From the NCBI GenBank assembly GCA_963703345.1, contig OY969814.1:1344001-1408000 (forward strand): DNA of 64,000 nucleotides, in the 5' to 3' direction. Below are positions 29,601-39,118 of the stretch, piece by piece (position 1 is the first letter of the stretch; each line of letters opens with the position of its first letter). The notes beneath the pieces are model-generated. The model was not told the DNA's origin. It worked only from the letters and a program-made list of their open reading frames with translations, and searched no databases. A program made the position numbers and the translations under genes. Origin of the DNA: an uncultured Chloroflexia bacterium. Its GTDB lineage: Bacteria > Chloroflexota > Dehalococcoidia > DSTF01 > JALHUB01.

Positions 29601-29972
29601 ATGAGAGATAGGGTTGACATTCTCAAGAAGCAAAGGGGTGAGGCTGGTTTCACGCTTGTCGAGCTGCTGATAGTGCTGGCGATCCTGGCCATCCTCGTCG
29701 CCGTCGTGTTGCCGAACTTCACCGGCCTTCTCGGAAAGAGCCAGACGACCGCGGCGGACGCGGAGAAGAACATCGTCCAGACAGCCGTCGACGCCAAGAT
29801 GGCGGCGGAGAACCTAGCCACGACCGATGAGATCACTACCGCGACCACCGACATGACCACGGATTCGGGAGGCTTTGGCCTCTACCCGACATACATGCGT
29901 GGCACGGCTACGAAGGGCACCTATACCGTCGACACCACGGGCAAGGTGACGCAAGCAAGCACCGGCTACTGA
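29601..29972 (+). CDS. pilA: Major type IVa pilin
   Basis: EAG|FTLVELLIVLAILAILVAVVLP; GGAGG RBS; own upstream gap and downstream hairpin. Confidence 0.9.
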   Translation: MRDRVDILKKQRGEAGFTLVELLIVLAILAILVAVVLPNFTGLLGKSQTTAADAEKNIVQTAVDAKMAAENLATTDEITTATTDMTTDSGGFGLYPTYMRGTATKGTYTVDTTGKVTQASTGY

Positions 29973-30079
29973 GCGGGCCGGGCATGAGGCGGCCTCCGAA
30001 TCATCGGTTCGCCGCTGTTGTCTGGGTCCGCGCCCAAGCCACGACAAGCAATAGACTCCGGGGGCAGCAAGGGCGGAGG

Positions 30080-30104
30080 TCAGGCCTCCGCCCCCCGGCT
30101 AACC
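30080..30104. terminator. GC hairpin after the pilin gene
   Basis: GGGCGGAGG-tcagg-CCTCCGCCC; no U-tract. Confidence 0.35.
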
Positions 30105-30164
30105 GCCCCGTCCCTGGAAGTCACGGTCGGCAGGCAGCCCCTTTTGTGATCGGTTCGCAAGCAT

Positions 30165-31868
30165 ATGCCTGAGCAAGCCGCCGCAGCGCCCATAGTCAAG
30201 AGGTTCGGCGAGATCATGGTCGACGCTGGCCTGCTCACGCCCGAGCAGATGGTCAAGGCGGTGGAGGAAGCCGAGCGGGCTCAGAAGCGCCTCGGCGACT
30301 ATCTGCGCGATGAGGGCGTGGTGTCTGAAGAAGACGTCGCCATGGCCCTCAGCCTCCAGCTCAACCTCCCGATCATCGACCTGACGCGCCACCCAGTGCA
30401 GCAGGAGGCTCTGGCCCTCGTGCCGGAAGCCTACGCCCGCCAGCACGACCTCATCCCCGTCGACCTGATGGGCGACTCGCTGGTCGTCGTCATGGCGGAT
30501 CCGCTGAACATGCACGTGCTGGAGGACCTGCGCGCCCGGGCTCGGAAGGTGATTTCACCGGCGGTCGGCATCCCCAGTGACATCCGCGAGGCGATCAACT
30601 GCAACTACCAGGGCTGGTGTGAGATCGAGAAGCAGGTCAACCTCGTAGCGCCGCGCGTCGCTGAGGCCGCCGCCAAAGATACAGCCGCACAGGATCTTAC
30701 CGCTCGGACGCCCATCGTACGGACGGCGGAGCTGCTGATTACGCAGGCGGTCCGCGACCGCGCCTCCGACATCCACCTGGAGCCCAAGGAGGGCGGCCTC
30801 CGGGTCCGCTATCGCATCGATGGGTACCTTCAGGAAGTGCAGAACCTGCCGCTCAGCGTGCACCTGCCGCTCATCTCCCGCCTGAAGGTGCTCGCCGGCA
30901 TGAACATCGCCGAGCGAAGGCGACCGCAGGACGGCCAGTTCTCCGTGCGCGTCGAAGACAAGGACGTGGACTTCCGTGTCGCCACCTCCGACAGCGCCCA
31001 CGGCGAGATGATGGTACTGCGTGTCCTCGACAAATCGCTCTACCTCATCTCCGTCGACGACCTGGGGTTTCTGCCCGAGGCGCTGGAGCGCTACACGCAG
31101 ATGCTGCGCAAGCCCTTCGGCATGGTGCTGGTCGGCGGCCCGACGGGGTCGGGCAAGACGACGACGCTGTACGCCTCGCTCAGCCAGCTCGACCGCAAAG
31201 GGCGCAACATCATCACCATCGAAGATCCGATAGAATACCACTTCGACGACATCAATCAGATCCAGGTGAATACGCAAGCCAGCATCACCTTCGCCAGCGG
31301 GCTGCGGTCGATAATGCGGCTCGACCCGGACGTCATCCTCGTCGGCGAAGTGCGCGACGGCGAGACGGCGGCAATGGCGACTCAGGCCTCGCTGACCGGC
31401 CACCTCGTGCTGTCGTCGATCCACGCCAACGATGCCGTAGGCATCCTTTTCCGTCTCATCGACCTGGGTGTCGAGCCGTTCCTGCTCTCGTCGGCGCTGG
31501 TGGGCGTCGTCTCGCAGCGACTGGTCCGGCGTGTCTGTTCGCACTGCCGCGCTCTTGCCGACGTGCCGGAGGAGGAGCAAAGCGCTTACGCGGAGGAGGT
31601 GGGCGAGAGGCCCGACAAGCTCTACTACGGCAGCGGTTGCAACTTCTGCGCCGGCACCGGATACGCCGGCCGCACCGGCGTCTATGAGGTGATGATGCTG
31701 AGCGAGGAGATCCGCCACCTGCTCCTGAAGGGCGCGAGCTCCGGCGACATCAAGGCGCAGGCGATAAGCGAAGGCATGATCACGATGCGGCGCGCCGCCA
31801 TGCTGAAGGTGAGCCAGGGCGTCACGACGCCGCGCGAAGTCGTCCGCAACGTCTTCTCCATCATGTAG
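30165..31868 (+). CDS. pilB: Type IV pilus extension ATPase (GspE/PilB)
   Basis: MshEN-like N-terminus, ASDIHLEP, GPTGSGKT, two CxxC pairs. Confidence 0.95.
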   Translation: MPEQAAAAPIVKRFGEIMVDAGLLTPEQMVKAVEEAERAQKRLGDYLRDEGVVSEEDVAMALSLQLNLPIIDLTRHPVQQEALALVPEAYARQHDLIPVDLMGDSLVVVMADPLNMHVLEDLRARARKVISPAVGIPSDIREAINCNYQGWCEIEKQVNLVAPRVAEAAAKDTAAQDLTARTPIVRTAELLITQAVRDRASDIHLEPKEGGLRVRYRIDGYLQEVQNLPLSVHLPLISRLKVLAGMNIAERRRPQDGQFSVRVEDKDVDFRVATSDSAHGEMMVLRVLDKSLYLISVDDLGFLPEALERYTQMLRKPFGMVLVGGPTGSGKTTTLYASLSQLDRKGRNIITIEDPIEYHFDDINQIQVNTQASITFASGLRSIMRLDPDVILVGEVRDGETAAMATQASLTGHLVLSSIHANDAVGILFRLIDLGVEPFLLSSALVGVVSQRLVRRVCSHCRALADVPEEEQSAYAEEVGERPDKLYYGSGCNFCAGTGYAGRTGVYEVMMLSEEIRHLLLKGASSGDIKAQAISEGMITMRRAAMLKVSQGVTTPREVVRNVFSIM

Positions 31869-32100
31869 CAATCGACTCCGTTGAGCGCGCGATAGGCAGC
31901 GTGAACAGGAAAGCGCTGCCCTTCCCGTCGCCGGCGCTCTCCGCCCAGATGCGGCCGCCGTGCGCTTCGACGATTCCCTTACAGGTCGCCAGCCCCAGCC
32001 CGGTGCCCTTGTGCTTCATCCCCGGATGGACCCGGGAGAACTTCTGAAACAGCTCTCCCATCCGCTCCGGAGGGATGCCGAGGCCGCCGCCGTTTCTCGC
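31861..32100 (-). pseudogene. Histidine kinase HATPase_c C-terminal fragment
   Basis: GLGIPPE..ELFQKF, GTGLGLATCKGIVEAHGGRIWAES..G.GSAF.FTLP; no HisKA or N box upstream. Confidence 0.8.
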
Positions 32101-32538
32101 GCAGGTGTGTCAGAGGGCCGGCAGAGCCTCCTGCTCTTTGCGCCCGTCGCCGCGCTGGCTGCCTCAGGTCGCTACGCCGAAGTCAGAGGGGCCGCTCGGC
32201 GTGCCGGCGGAGCACTCTCATTCTTGCGACGTCACGACGAAGGGTTAGGAAATATCCTATCCTGGCCGAACTCGGCGCGTCAAAAACGGCGGGTCGCACG
32301 CGCCGTTTTTCCCGCCCGTCAAGCGCAGGACCATCCCGTTGTAATATCATCAGCTTAGTGGGAAAGTACCAGCGTAGGTTGGTGCATTCGCACCTTGGCG
32401 GCGAGTACTCGCCGCTTTAGCATTCGATTGAAGGTACCGCAGAGGCCCGTCATAATGGGGTCGCGAAGGCTCCCGACCGGCCTCAAGGGCGCCTCTCTCC
32501 GAGCGGGACGGAACGGGCAATCAGGGAAGGCGACACGA

Positions 32539-34134
32539 ATGTTGCGAGCGCCGGCGGGCATCGGGAAGTTAGGCAGGTCCCCGCTTCGACGGAGGCTTCT
32601 CCTTCTCGCGCTACTGGTCGCGCTGTCGGCCCTGCCCGTCCTCTTCCTGGCGCCGCTCTTCAACGCTCCCTTCGATCGGGACCAGGGGCTGTACGGGGTA
32701 ATAGCCCGCGGCTGGCTCCAGGGCTCCGTGCCTTACAGAGACCTGTGGGACAACAAAGGGCCTCTTCTCTTCCTCTGGTACATGGCGGCCTTCCGCCTGC
32801 TGGGAGAAAGCGTTGTCGCGCCGCGCTTGCTGGCGGCAATCGGGACGGCGGCGGCGGTACCGTTCGTCTGGGACTCCGCGCGCCTGCTGCTGGGCTCGCG
32901 AAAGGGTGTCTTCGCGGCGCTGCTGTTCGGGATCGCCTTCGCCAACCCCTTCCTGCAGGCAAACGCCAACGCCGAAATCCTGATGCTCTGCCCGCTGGCC
33001 GCCGGTTTCTGGGCGTTCACCAAGGGCGGGCGCGGTGGCAATCAGCTATGGTTCGTTCTGGCGGGCTTTCTGACGGCGCTTGCCGGCCTTACGAAGCAGG
33101 CGGCGGCGGGACCTCTCGTCGGCTACCTGCTGTGGCTGGCCGTGCTGGCCGTGCGATACTCCCCGGAGCGCGCGCGACACCTGCGGTCGGCCGCGCTGCT
33201 CGTCGGCGGAACGCTCCTCGGACTGGCGCCGTTCGTGGTCTACTTCGCCGTCAACGGCGCCCTGTACGACTTCTGGTACGCGACCGTCCAGTTTAACTTC
33301 CTCTTCTCCGGCCAGAACCCTCTCATCCTCAAGATCATACCGCCGCTGCTCCTCGACCCGCTGCCGCTGTTCGGCGGACTGCTCCTCTGGCTCCTGGCCG
33401 TCGTCGGCGGCGTACAGCTCTGGCGACGTCGCGACCGCAACGCCGGGCTAATCCTCGTCTTCGCCGTGTTCTCGGAGCTGGCAGTGCAATCCATGGGGAA
33501 GGTCTCGGCGCACTATAACGTTGGGCTGCTGCCGGCCGCGGCGATCCTGGGCGCCGTTGGCGTCGATTCCGTCATCGACTCCTGGCGCCTCGGCCGGCGC
33601 AGGCTGGGGCAGCTCGCAATTGGATGCGCGGTGATCTCCGTCGGCTTGTCCGCCGCTCTCTATGCCTGGCCCTCGTCCGACGACCGCTTCCTCGCCCAGT
33701 ACTCCTTCCGCGACTACGCGGTCCGTTCAATTGAAGCGCGCGACATAGCGCAACGAGTTAACGCCGTCACCGGGCCCAACGACTACGTGTACGAGTTCGG
33801 CCGCCAGAGCGACATCTACTTCCTCGCCGACCGAAAGCCGGCGAGTCGCTGGGTGCACGCGCGGGCCTACGGCATCGACCCGACGATGCTCGACGAAGTG
33901 TTGCGTGACCTCGACTCTCGGCAGCCGAAGCTCGTCCTGCTGACCTACGAATGCGCGCCCATGAGCCACGACTTCGACGGCTGCGAGAATGGACCGCCCG
34001 CCGAGCTGAAGACCTACCTTGACAGCCACTACGTTTACGCCGGTCAGGTCGACTACGCTGCTTTCTACCTGCGCGTCAGTCCCGCGAGCTCAGCACTGGC
34101 TTCCGCTCTCGGAAGGACAGGAGGTCCGCATTGA
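32539..34134 (+). CDS. GT-C (ArnT/PMT, GT39-like) glycosyltransferase
   Basis: RDQGLY, PYRDLWDNKGP, ANAE, TKQ, HY motifs; about 11 TMs; start approximate. Confidence 0.85.
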   Translation: MLRAPAGIGKLGRSPLRRRLLLLALLVALSALPVLFLAPLFNAPFDRDQGLYGVIARGWLQGSVPYRDLWDNKGPLLFLWYMAAFRLLGESVVAPRLLAAIGTAAAVPFVWDSARLLLGSRKGVFAALLFGIAFANPFLQANANAEILMLCPLAAGFWAFTKGGRGGNQLWFVLAGFLTALAGLTKQAAAGPLVGYLLWLAVLAVRYSPERARHLRSAALLVGGTLLGLAPFVVYFAVNGALYDFWYATVQFNFLFSGQNPLILKIIPPLLLDPLPLFGGLLLWLLAVVGGVQLWRRRDRNAGLILVFAVFSELAVQSMGKVSAHYNVGLLPAAAILGAVGVDSVIDSWRLGRRRLGQLAIGCAVISVGLSAALYAWPSSDDRFLAQYSFRDYAVRSIEARDIAQRVNAVTGPNDYVYEFGRQSDIYFLADRKPASRWVHARAYGIDPTMLDEVLRDLDSRQPKLVLLTYECAPMSHDFDGCENGPPAELKTYLDSHYVYAGQVDYAAFYLRVSPASSALASALGRTGGPH

Positions 34135-35357
34135 CGAAGAGAACGCTGCCTTCCCTATGGCGTCGCCTCGACGCGCTGCCGCTGCCGCTGGCGTTCCGCT
34201 TCTTCGCCGTCGGCCTGACGGGCGTCGCCGTCAACATGCTGGTCTTGTGGCTGTCGCTCGGGCGGCTCGGTTTGCCGCGCGCCTTGGCTGCCTCTCTGGC
34301 CGTCGAGGTCTCGATCTGCTGGAACTTCGTTCTCAACGACGCCTGGACCTTCGGCGCTGAAAGACAGGTGAGACCGTGGCGCTCGCGCGTCCTGGCATTC
34401 CACGGCGCCGCCGCCGTGGCCGGCGTCATGAACCTCAGCCTCTTCCTCCTGCTTACCTCCGCCGGCAGCCTGCACTACCTGGCGGCGGACTTGATGGCGA
34501 TAGCCGCGGCCTCTGCCGTCAACTTCGTCATCAGCGCCTCCTGGATCTGGCGCGTCAAGACGCCGGTGCCCTTGCCGCCCGACGCTGACGACACGTGGCG
34601 CCTCCGCCGGGCAAAAAGAGTCGTCGTCATACCCACCTACAACGAAAGCGCCAACATTCGCCGCCTCCTGGAGCGCATACTCTCGCTCGGAGACGAGTAC
34701 GAAGCGCTGGTGGTGGACGACTCGTCGCCGGACGGCACGGGGCGCATCGTCGCCGACATGGCGCCGGAGGAGCCGCGCCTCCACCTGCTAAGCCGCCCCG
34801 TGAAGATGGGGATCGCTAGCGCCTACATCAGCGGCTTTCGGATGGCCCTGAAGATGGGAGCAGACCTCATCTACCAGATGGACAGCGATTTCTCGCATGA
34901 TCCCGCGGACCTGGTGCGCCTTGCCGGGGCCGCGACTCCCGGTAGCGTAGTTATCGGCTCTCGCTACGTCCCCGGCGGCTCGACCCCCGGCTGGCCCCTG
35001 CTACGCGTCCTCATGAGTCGGACGTCCAGCCTGGCCGCGCACCTGCTGCTGGGCATTCCGGTCCAGGACGCTACGGGAGGCTTCAAGTGCTGGGGCCGTC
35101 GCGCCCTTGCCGGCCTGCCACTGGACTCGGTACGTTCCAGCGGCTTTGCCTTCCAGGTGGAGATGAACCACCTCGCCTGGCGGTCAGGGTTCAAGTTGGT
35201 GGAAGTGCCCATCACTTTCGAGGACCGGAAGGCGGGGCGGTCGAAAGCGTCAGTGGGCGTTGGCCTGGAGATGGCGGCCGTTATCTGCCGGCTCTTCCTC
35301 AATCCCGCCCGAGCATACGCTCCCGGTCTGGAAGCCCGCACAACCAGGGAGTCCTGA
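34131..35357 (+). CDS. GtrA flippase-like domain fused to polyprenol monophosphomannose synthase (Ppm1/Dpm1-like)
   Basis: RFFAVG...NFVLND.WTF GtrA part; IPTYNE, DDSSPDGT, QMDSDFSHDP, GSRYVPGG, DATGGFK, FQVEM, PITFEDR. Confidence 0.9.
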   Translation: MTKRTLPSLWRRLDALPLPLAFRFFAVGLTGVAVNMLVLWLSLGRLGLPRALAASLAVEVSICWNFVLNDAWTFGAERQVRPWRSRVLAFHGAAAVAGVMNLSLFLLLTSAGSLHYLAADLMAIAAASAVNFVISASWIWRVKTPVPLPPDADDTWRLRRAKRVVVIPTYNESANIRRLLERILSLGDEYEALVVDDSSPDGTGRIVADMAPEEPRLHLLSRPVKMGIASAYISGFRMALKMGADLIYQMDSDFSHDPADLVRLAGAATPGSVVIGSRYVPGGSTPGWPLLRVLMSRTSSLAAHLLLGIPVQDATGGFKCWGRRALAGLPLDSVRSSGFAFQVEMNHLAWRSGFKLVEVPITFEDRKAGRSKASVGVGLEMAAVICRLFLNPARAYAPGLEARTTRES

Positions 35358-36076
35358 TGCCGGGGGCTCTGCTGCGAATCGCCCACGGCTTCGGCAACAG
35401 CCGCAAGCTCATTGATGTCGCTCTCGCAACCCCTATCGACATGATCGAGGCCGACGTGCGCCTGTGGAAGGGCCGTCTCTGGCTCGGCCACGACCGCCGT
35501 CTCCCTCTCTTGCCCGTGTATGTCTCCAGGCGTTCGCTGGAGCCTCCGACGAGTCGAGCACTGCGATTAGGCCCGTGGCAGGCGCGCCTGCAAACCGCCC
35601 CGTTGCCGTTGGAAGAGCTGCTGGAGGCGGCCGGTCGCTGTCGCCTGTTGCTCGACCTCAAGCAGTCGGGCCGGTCGGAGAGCGCGAGCGAGTTCGCTGA
35701 AGCGCTGGCGGCGCAGTTGCGACGCTTCGGCCGAACGGCGTCCGACTGCCTCTGCGGCGACTGGCCCCTGCTCGATGCGGTCCGGCGCCTGCTGCCCGAG
35801 GTCCGGCTCTACTACTCCGTTGGAGACCCCCCTCGCTGGCAAGCCCTGGTCGAACGACTCGACGGCGGCGACAGGATAACGGGCGTCTCGCTGCGCTCCA
35901 CTCTGTTCGACGGGCCCAGCGCAGCCATTCTTCAGAGCAAGAGCATCGAGACGTTCTGCTGGTGCGTGGACGACCCCGCGGAAGCGGTCCGGGTGGCGAT
36001 GCTGGGCGCGGACGGCATCATCAGCAACGACTTGGCGCTGCTTGCCCGGATCGGCGACGCGACCCCATCAGGATGA
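35357..36076 (+). CDS. Glycerophosphodiester phosphodiesterase-like protein
   Basis: IAH, N, IEADV, HD, LDLK, W.VDD, GADGIISN; TGATG coupling. Confidence 0.75.
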   Translation: MPGALLRIAHGFGNSRKLIDVALATPIDMIEADVRLWKGRLWLGHDRRLPLLPVYVSRRSLEPPTSRALRLGPWQARLQTAPLPLEELLEAAGRCRLLLDLKQSGRSESASEFAEALAAQLRRFGRTASDCLCGDWPLLDAVRRLLPEVRLYYSVGDPPRWQALVERLDGGDRITGVSLRSTLFDGPSAAILQSKSIETFCWCVDDPAEAVRVAMLGADGIISNDLALLARIGDATPSG

Positions 36077-36718
36077 GGCGCCGGCGCTCTTCGCGGCCGC
36101 GACGAAGGCCCGCATCTTCGCCGCGTCCTTCCGGCCCGCCGCCTCGACGCCGCTGCTGACGTTGACGCCCCAGGGCCGTACTCGTTGCACTGCCTCCGCG
36201 ACGTTCTCCGGCGTCAGTCCTCCCGCCAGCATCAGGGGGACGCGCGAAGCAAGGGCGGCAATTGCGCCCCAGTCGCCAAGCCTGCCGTGCCCGCGACTGG
36301 AATCGACGAGCCACATCGCTGGCGTGGTGGAGGCGGAGAGCGGCGATTCGTCGTCGGCGATTTCGACCGCCCTGATAACGGGCCAGCGCTTTAGTAAGCC
36401 GGTATCGTCGACGTCGCCGTGGAGTTGCACCACGTCGACGCCGGCAAGGCGCGCCAGACGCTCGACTTCCGCGGCGCTCTGCCCCTCGAAGACGCCGACC
36501 AGCAGCGGCGAACCGTTTGCGAGCAGCCGCTCGAGATCGACTAGCCCGTCTGGAGCATCTCGATGCGGTCGAAGTGCTCGCGCAATCTCCCGCGCCGTCT
36601 CCAGCGTCACGCGCCGGCGGCTTTCGGCGAAGACGATGCCGATGAGGTCGGCGCCGGCATCGCGGGCGGCCAGCGCGTCTTCCGGTGAGCGGCAGCCGCA
36701 GATCTTCACATAAGTCAA
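36068..36718 (-). CDS. trpF: Phosphoribosylanthranilate isomerase
   Basis: VKICG, VQLHG, LAGGLTPENV, SSGVE. Confidence 0.93.
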   Translation of the reverse strand: MTYVKICGCRSPEDALAARDAGADLIGIVFAESRRRVTLETAREIARALRPHRDAPDGLVDLERLLANGSPLLVGVFEGQSAAEVERLARLAGVDVVQLHGDVDDTGLLKRWPVIRAVEIADDESPLSASTTPAMWLVDSSRGHGRLGDWGAIAALASRVPLMLAGGLTPENVAEAVQRVRPWGVNVSSGVEAAGRKDAAKMRAFVAAAKSAGASS

Positions 36719-37530
36719 AGCATTAGCTCCCGTAGCTTTGCGGCCGGGTCCGCGGTTGTCACGAGCGCTTCGCCGACCAGCACAGCGTCGACGCCGCAGG
36801 CCGTCATGCGCGCGATGTCGTGCCGCGTCCTGATACCACTCTCGGCGACGACGAGCCTGTCTTGCGGGATGAGGGGTCGGAGCCGCTCCGTCGTCGCCAG
36901 GTCCACCTTGAAGCTGCGAAGGTCACGGTTATTGATGCCGATGACAAGTGCTCCCGCCGCCAGCGCCGTCGCCACCTCGCGCTCGTCGTGCACCTCGACG
37001 AGGCATTCCATGCCCAGTTCCCGGCTCAGCGCCAACAGCTCCGCGAGCTCGTCCTGCGGCAGGAGGGCGACGATCAGCAGCAGGGCGTCGGCGCCGTGCC
37101 CTCTCGACTCCCAGACCTGGTAGGGCTCGAAGAGGAAGTCCTTGCGCAGGAGCGGCGGCGCGGCCTCGCCGAAACGGGCCCGCAGCGCCTTCCGCGCTTC
37201 GGTCAGGTGGCCGAGACTGCCCTGGAAGTGCGCACTTTCGGTCAGCACCGATATCGCCGCCGCGCCCGCCTCGGCGTAGAGCAATGGCAAACGGCGCCGC
37301 GTCTCGTCGTCTATCAGCGGTCCTGCTGACGGCGAGGCCATCTTCACCTCGGCGATGAGGCGAATTCGCGAGGCCGCCGCTTCCCGGCGAATCGCCTTCG
37401 AGAAGCTCCGGTCCTCTTCGATCGGCAGTCGCGCCACGCGTTCCTGCAGGACGGCGAGCGGCGTCTTCTGTTGCTCAGCGCGCAGCTCCTCGCGCTTGGC
37501 GCCGACAATGCGTCGCAGGATGTCCGGCAT
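36715..37530 (-). CDS. trpC: Indole-3-glycerol phosphate synthase
   Basis: IAEVK.ASPS, ISVLT, LRKDF, GINNRDL, AESGI. Confidence 0.95.
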   Translation of the reverse strand: MPDILRRIVGAKREELRAEQQKTPLAVLQERVARLPIEEDRSFSKAIRREAAASRIRLIAEVKMASPSAGPLIDDETRRRLPLLYAEAGAAAISVLTESAHFQGSLGHLTEARKALRARFGEAAPPLLRKDFLFEPYQVWESRGHGADALLLIVALLPQDELAELLALSRELGMECLVEVHDEREVATALAAGALVIGINNRDLRSFKVDLATTERLRPLIPQDRLVVAESGIRTRHDIARMTACGVDAVLVGEALVTTADPAAKLRELML

Positions 37531-37534
37531 CGCG

Positions 37535-38548
37535 TCAGGTGACGGCATTCGTGACCTCGATGAAGCGCTCCAGCTTGCGCAGCGCCTCGCCGGTGTCGAT
37601 GGCCGATGCGCCTTTTTCGACGCCTTCCCTGAAGTCGTTTGCCATGCCTGAGGCGACCAAACCGGCCGCCGCGTTGAGGAGCGTGAAGTCACGCAGGGCG
37701 CCGCGTTCACCGCCGAGGACGGCCCGCAGCATCTTCGCGTTGTCGTCGGGCGACCCGCCGGCCAGCGATGACAGCGGATGCGTCGGCAGCCCGGCCTCGG
37801 ACGGAGCCAGGTGGTACTTTCGCACGTCGCCCGCCGTTACGTCCCACACCTCCGACGGCCCGGCCGGGCTCAGCTCGTCGAGCCCCCCTTCGCCGTGGAC
37901 GACGAGGGCGCGCTCGCAGCCCAGTCTGGCTAGAACCTGCGCCATCTTCTCCCCTAGCGACGCGTCGGGCACGCCGAGGACCTGGCGGCAGGCGCCCGCC
38001 GGATTGGAGAGAGGCCCGAGGATGTTGAACACGGTGCGAATGCCGATCTCCCGCCTCGGGCCGGCCGCGAAGCGCATGGCGGGATGGAAGCGCGGCGCGA
38101 ACATGAAGCAGAAGCCCGTCCGCTGAAGACACGCCAGCGCCTGCTCGGGCGACAGGTCGATTCTTGCGCCGGCCGCCTCAAGCACGTCCGCTGAGCCGCA
38201 GGAACTGCTCATCGCGCGATTGCCGTGCTTGGCTACCTTCGCCCCCGCCGCCGCCGCCACGAATGCCGCTGCCGTGCTGACGTTGAACGTGCCGCTGCCG
38301 TCGCCGCCGGTGCCGCAGGTATCGAGAAGCGCGCCGTCGAAGGCGATGCGACATGCCTTCTCGCGCATGACTCGCGCCATGCCGGCAATCTCCTCGACGG
38401 TCTCGCCCTTGAGCCGGAGAGCCGTCAGGAAGGCTGCAAGCTGAGCATCGGTCGCCTCGCCGGACATGATCTCTTCCATCACTCTGGCCGCCGCCTCCTC
38501 CGTCAAGTTTCGACTCGCCACCGCCGCCGAAATCGCCTCTCGTATCAT
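37535..38548 (-). CDS. trpD: Anthranilate phosphoribosyltransferase
   Basis: DTCGTGGDG, NVST, KHGNR, GLDE. Confidence 0.95.
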   Translation of the reverse strand: MIREAISAAVASRNLTEEAAARVMEEIMSGEATDAQLAAFLTALRLKGETVEEIAGMARVMREKACRIAFDGALLDTCGTGGDGSGTFNVSTAAAFVAAAAGAKVAKHGNRAMSSSCGSADVLEAAGARIDLSPEQALACLQRTGFCFMFAPRFHPAMRFAAGPRREIGIRTVFNILGPLSNPAGACRQVLGVPDASLGEKMAQVLARLGCERALVVHGEGGLDELSPAGPSEVWDVTAGDVRKYHLAPSEAGLPTHPLSSLAGGSPDDNAKMLRAVLGGERGALRDFTLLNAAAGLVASGMANDFREGVEKGASAIDTGEALRKLERFIEVTNAVT

Positions 38549-39117
38549 GGCTGGCCTCCCTCCAGGAAGTTCTTGAGCAACATCTTTCCGGCCGGCGTCA
38601 TGATCGACTCCGGGTGGAACTGGACGCCTTCGACCGCCAGATCGCGATGGCGGATGCCCATCACGACGCCGCTGTCCGTCCAGGCGGTCACTTCGAGGCA
38701 TGTCGGCACGCTATCCCGACGCACCGCCAGCGAGTGATAGCGGGTCGCCGGGAAGGGGTTCGGCAGGCCGCGGTAGACGCCCTTGCCGTCGTGATGGATC
38801 TGCGACAGCTTGCCGTGGACGATCTCACCCGCGCCCTCGACGATCGCCCCGAACGCCTCGCCGATGCACTGGTGCCCGAGGCAGACGCCGAGAATCGGCA
38901 CAACGCCGGCAAACCGTCGCACGACTTCGATGCTGATGCCGGCTTGTGGCGGCGCGCCCGGCCCCGGGGAGATGACGATCCGCTCCGGCGCCAGCGCGAC
39001 AATGGACTCCACGGTCATGGCGTCATTCCGCACCGCGCGGGGCTCGACGCCCAGCTCGGCGAGGTACTGGTAGAGGTTGAAGGTAAAGCTGTCGTAGTTG
39101 TCGATGAGGAGCAGCAT
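38545..39117 (-). CDS. trpG: Anthranilate synthase component II
   Basis: IDNYDSF, SPGPG, GVCLGHQ, QFHPES. Confidence 0.95.
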   Translation of the reverse strand: MLLLIDNYDSFTFNLYQYLAELGVEPRAVRNDAMTVESIVALAPERIVISPGPGAPPQAGISIEVVRRFAGVVPILGVCLGHQCIGEAFGAIVEGAGEIVHGKLSQIHHDGKGVYRGLPNPFPATRYHSLAVRRDSVPTCLEVTAWTDSGVVMGIRHRDLAVEGVQFHPESIMTPAGKMLLKNFLEGGQP

Positions 39118-39118
39118 C

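Noticed and set aside
29601-29972. Electrically conductive (e-pilin) type
   Set aside because: Aromatic residues are sparse with a long aromatic-free gap
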